Positions 61,889 through 64,000 of a DNA stretch of 64,000 nt are shown here, piece by piece. The notes beneath the pieces are model-generated. The model worked only from the letters and a program-made list of their open reading frames with translations, made no database searches and had not been told where the DNA came from. The stretch's first letter is position 1, and the number at the start of each line of letters is the position of its first letter. Made by a program: the position numbers and the translations under genes. The DNA comes from Lytechinus pictus. Its lineage: Eukaryota. The stretch covers positions 1,552,001 to 1,616,000 of the forward strand of contig NC_087252.1 in assembly GCF_037042905.1 (NCBI RefSeq). The letters are read 5' to 3'.

Positions 61889-62002
61889 ACATTATCATCG
61901 CAACGACCACATGTGTTTACAATAGGTTTGCCCCAAAAATGAGGGCGTCAACAGGGGGGGGGGGCACTGATCTGAATACTACAGTGTAGTAGTGTACAGA
62001 TC

Positions 62003-62775
62003 TGGGGACACTTTTATTGACAAGTGGATACCAGGCGCAACCAAAGGAAACGCGTAAAAAAGATATATTTTTCAAAATTGGGTACGTATATAAGTACACA
62101 ACGTAATAAGGGTGTCAAAACTAAAGCCGACGTCAGTAATCGCGTCCGTAACATTACAATTAGAATATCGCTGTAATTGTTTCGGGGTCAATCAGGGAAT
62201 AATTGTCAAGGGAACAGTATTTTTTTTCTCCAAATCTTGTTAAGGATTGGGTTTCACACGCCAATACTTGTTAAGGGGTGCATTTTCAGAATATTGAAAA
62301 TACGTGTTTACGTTGAGGGTGCTTTTCGAGACCCCATGGTCGCGCATGGTATTCACTCGTCAATGGAAGTGCCCCGCGGGATTTACGGTTAAATTTGCGT
62401 GGGTATAAATAAGACTAAAATGCTTTATAAAGGATGTACTCTTTGCCCCGACACTACGCGTTAAGGGGCCTACTTGAGCGAGGTGTGGGAGGTGGGGCGG
62501 TTATAAACCCAATATAAGTAAAGGTAAAAATGACGTTCGTGATCACGTCTGTGACATACATCAGTTAGAATATCGCTGTACTTGTTTAGGGGGTCAATCA
62601 GGGAATACTTGTCAAGGGAACAGTATCTTTTTCCAAATCTTTTTAAGGATAGGGTTTCACACGCCAATACTTGTTAAGGGGTGCATTTTCAGAATATGGA
62701 AAATACTTGTTTAGGGTGCTTTCCGAAATCACATGGACGCGCCTGGTATCCATCCGTCAATGGAAGTGCCCCCCA
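62003..62775. mobile_element. Two tandem partial copies related to the 10761-11331 MITE
   Basis: Shared ggtat(t/c)ca..cgtcaatggaagtgcccc end at ~62380 and ~62775 and shared body. Confidence 0.7.
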
Positions 62776-64000
62776 AGCGTCAACACTTAGCAGTACCCAG
62801 TTAGTGGCCCTGGGGCCCTTTGCAGAAAGAGTTGCGATCAAACACTCAAAAAAATCTTGCGCAACTTGATTTTCAGCCAAAGAGGAACCCGTATTCGGGA
62901 CTTGCGCTTGATATTTTGACTTGGGTTTAAACGTAACTCTTTCTGCAACAGGCCCCAGAACCATTAATAAAGATTGCATATTTTTCATGTATTTTGAAAT
63001 TATGTCTACCTCATGTAATTACGTTGTGTGTTTATTTCAAATGCAAGGAAAGCTTTATATTCTATAAGTAGGTTCATGATGTTCGTTCGACACAAATCAA
63101 CTGGGGTTATTAATTCTAACGCTCCTTTTTATTGTGTTTATGTTGAAACGATGCATTTTTAGCACCTGGTGTGTGATTATCTCAGATAGTGTTGAATAAT
63201 ACACTTTCCCCGAGTCACTGGTGTTATCCAAACATACCCTATATGGGTACTCTTCGTCATGTTCATCTGACGTCTGAAAGTGTACTATGTTAATTACTGT
63301 ATATTTTGTAGGCCTCTAATTCTCAAGTGTAATCGTTTTGTTGCCCTCCTTTCTTGTAATGATATGTCTATATGTAATGTACAATTAGTAATGTTTTAAT
63401 GATTTGTGTGAATAAACTGAATTCGAACTTGAATCTGTATTCTGATTGCCATTTATATATTTAAACCTGTGTTAACTTAGACATACTTTTATGAAGTGCC
63501 AGTTGTCAACTTATTCACCAATAATTTTTTTTCTAATCATTTTTGCAAAATCTTGTAAAAATAAGTTTAGTCATGAAATGGGAAGAATAAGAAAATCCAA
63601 ATAAAATATGAATTTTAATTAATTGATTGATACATTATAATTGTCACAGAATTGACATGGAAGATATTTTATGATGCCCAACATTCCAAAGAAGTGTGGT
63701 TTAAAATTCTTGTTTAGACGAAGGTTAAACCTAGGTTTATGTTCAGAATTGTGTTGTGTTTTAACCCCGCTGCATGTTAATAGCTGGTGGTGTGTAATTA
63801 TCTCAGAACTTTGAATGGTGTTAATTTGAACACATTAACATTTAATATGCAAGAACGAAAGCCGTTGGGGGAGGGGGTAGAAAGGGGGTACAAGGTGGTG
63901 GAATATCATTTCTTTTTGTTTATAAAAAGGCAAATCAAGCGATTTTTTTTTTCAATTTTTCATATATCGAACAATCATGGAATAATGGTCACCCATTTCC

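Overview
Eukaryotic, AT-rich, intron- and repeat-rich animal DNA. A marine invertebrate deuterostome such as a sea urchin is inferred from gene and repeat style, not proven. Two spliced genes lie on the + strand. (1) The 3' part of a SORL1/SorLA (LR11) orthologue: 19 phase-consistent exons (1496-38881) encoding 3 LDL-receptor class A repeats, 6 FN3 domains, a transmembrane helix and a tail with FANSHY, an acidic cluster and ...GFSDDVPLVIA*. (2) An apparently complete 9-exon gene (51948-61888, ~437-455 aa) for a secreted protein: signal peptide, RPRR furin-type site, EGF, Ca-binding EGF and one YWTD beta-propeller ending at the stop, with no TM segment. Between the genes is a ~2.7 kb tandem duplication (or a falsely duplicated haplotype) whose second copy carries a 5.07 kb TA-flanked CMC/EnSpm-like non-autonomous transposon with nested elements. 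Introns hold many MITEs (Harbinger-, hAT-, piggyBac-, Kolobok-, Tc1/pogo-like), tRNA-derived SINEs, LINE 3' ends, a Penelope-like fragment with a degenerate hammerhead core, an unclassified 3.36 kb TIR element and large GAT/CAT/GGA repeats. Nearly all long ORFs in the supplied track are microsatellite artefacts. All coordinates and translations were read by eye; no searches were run.
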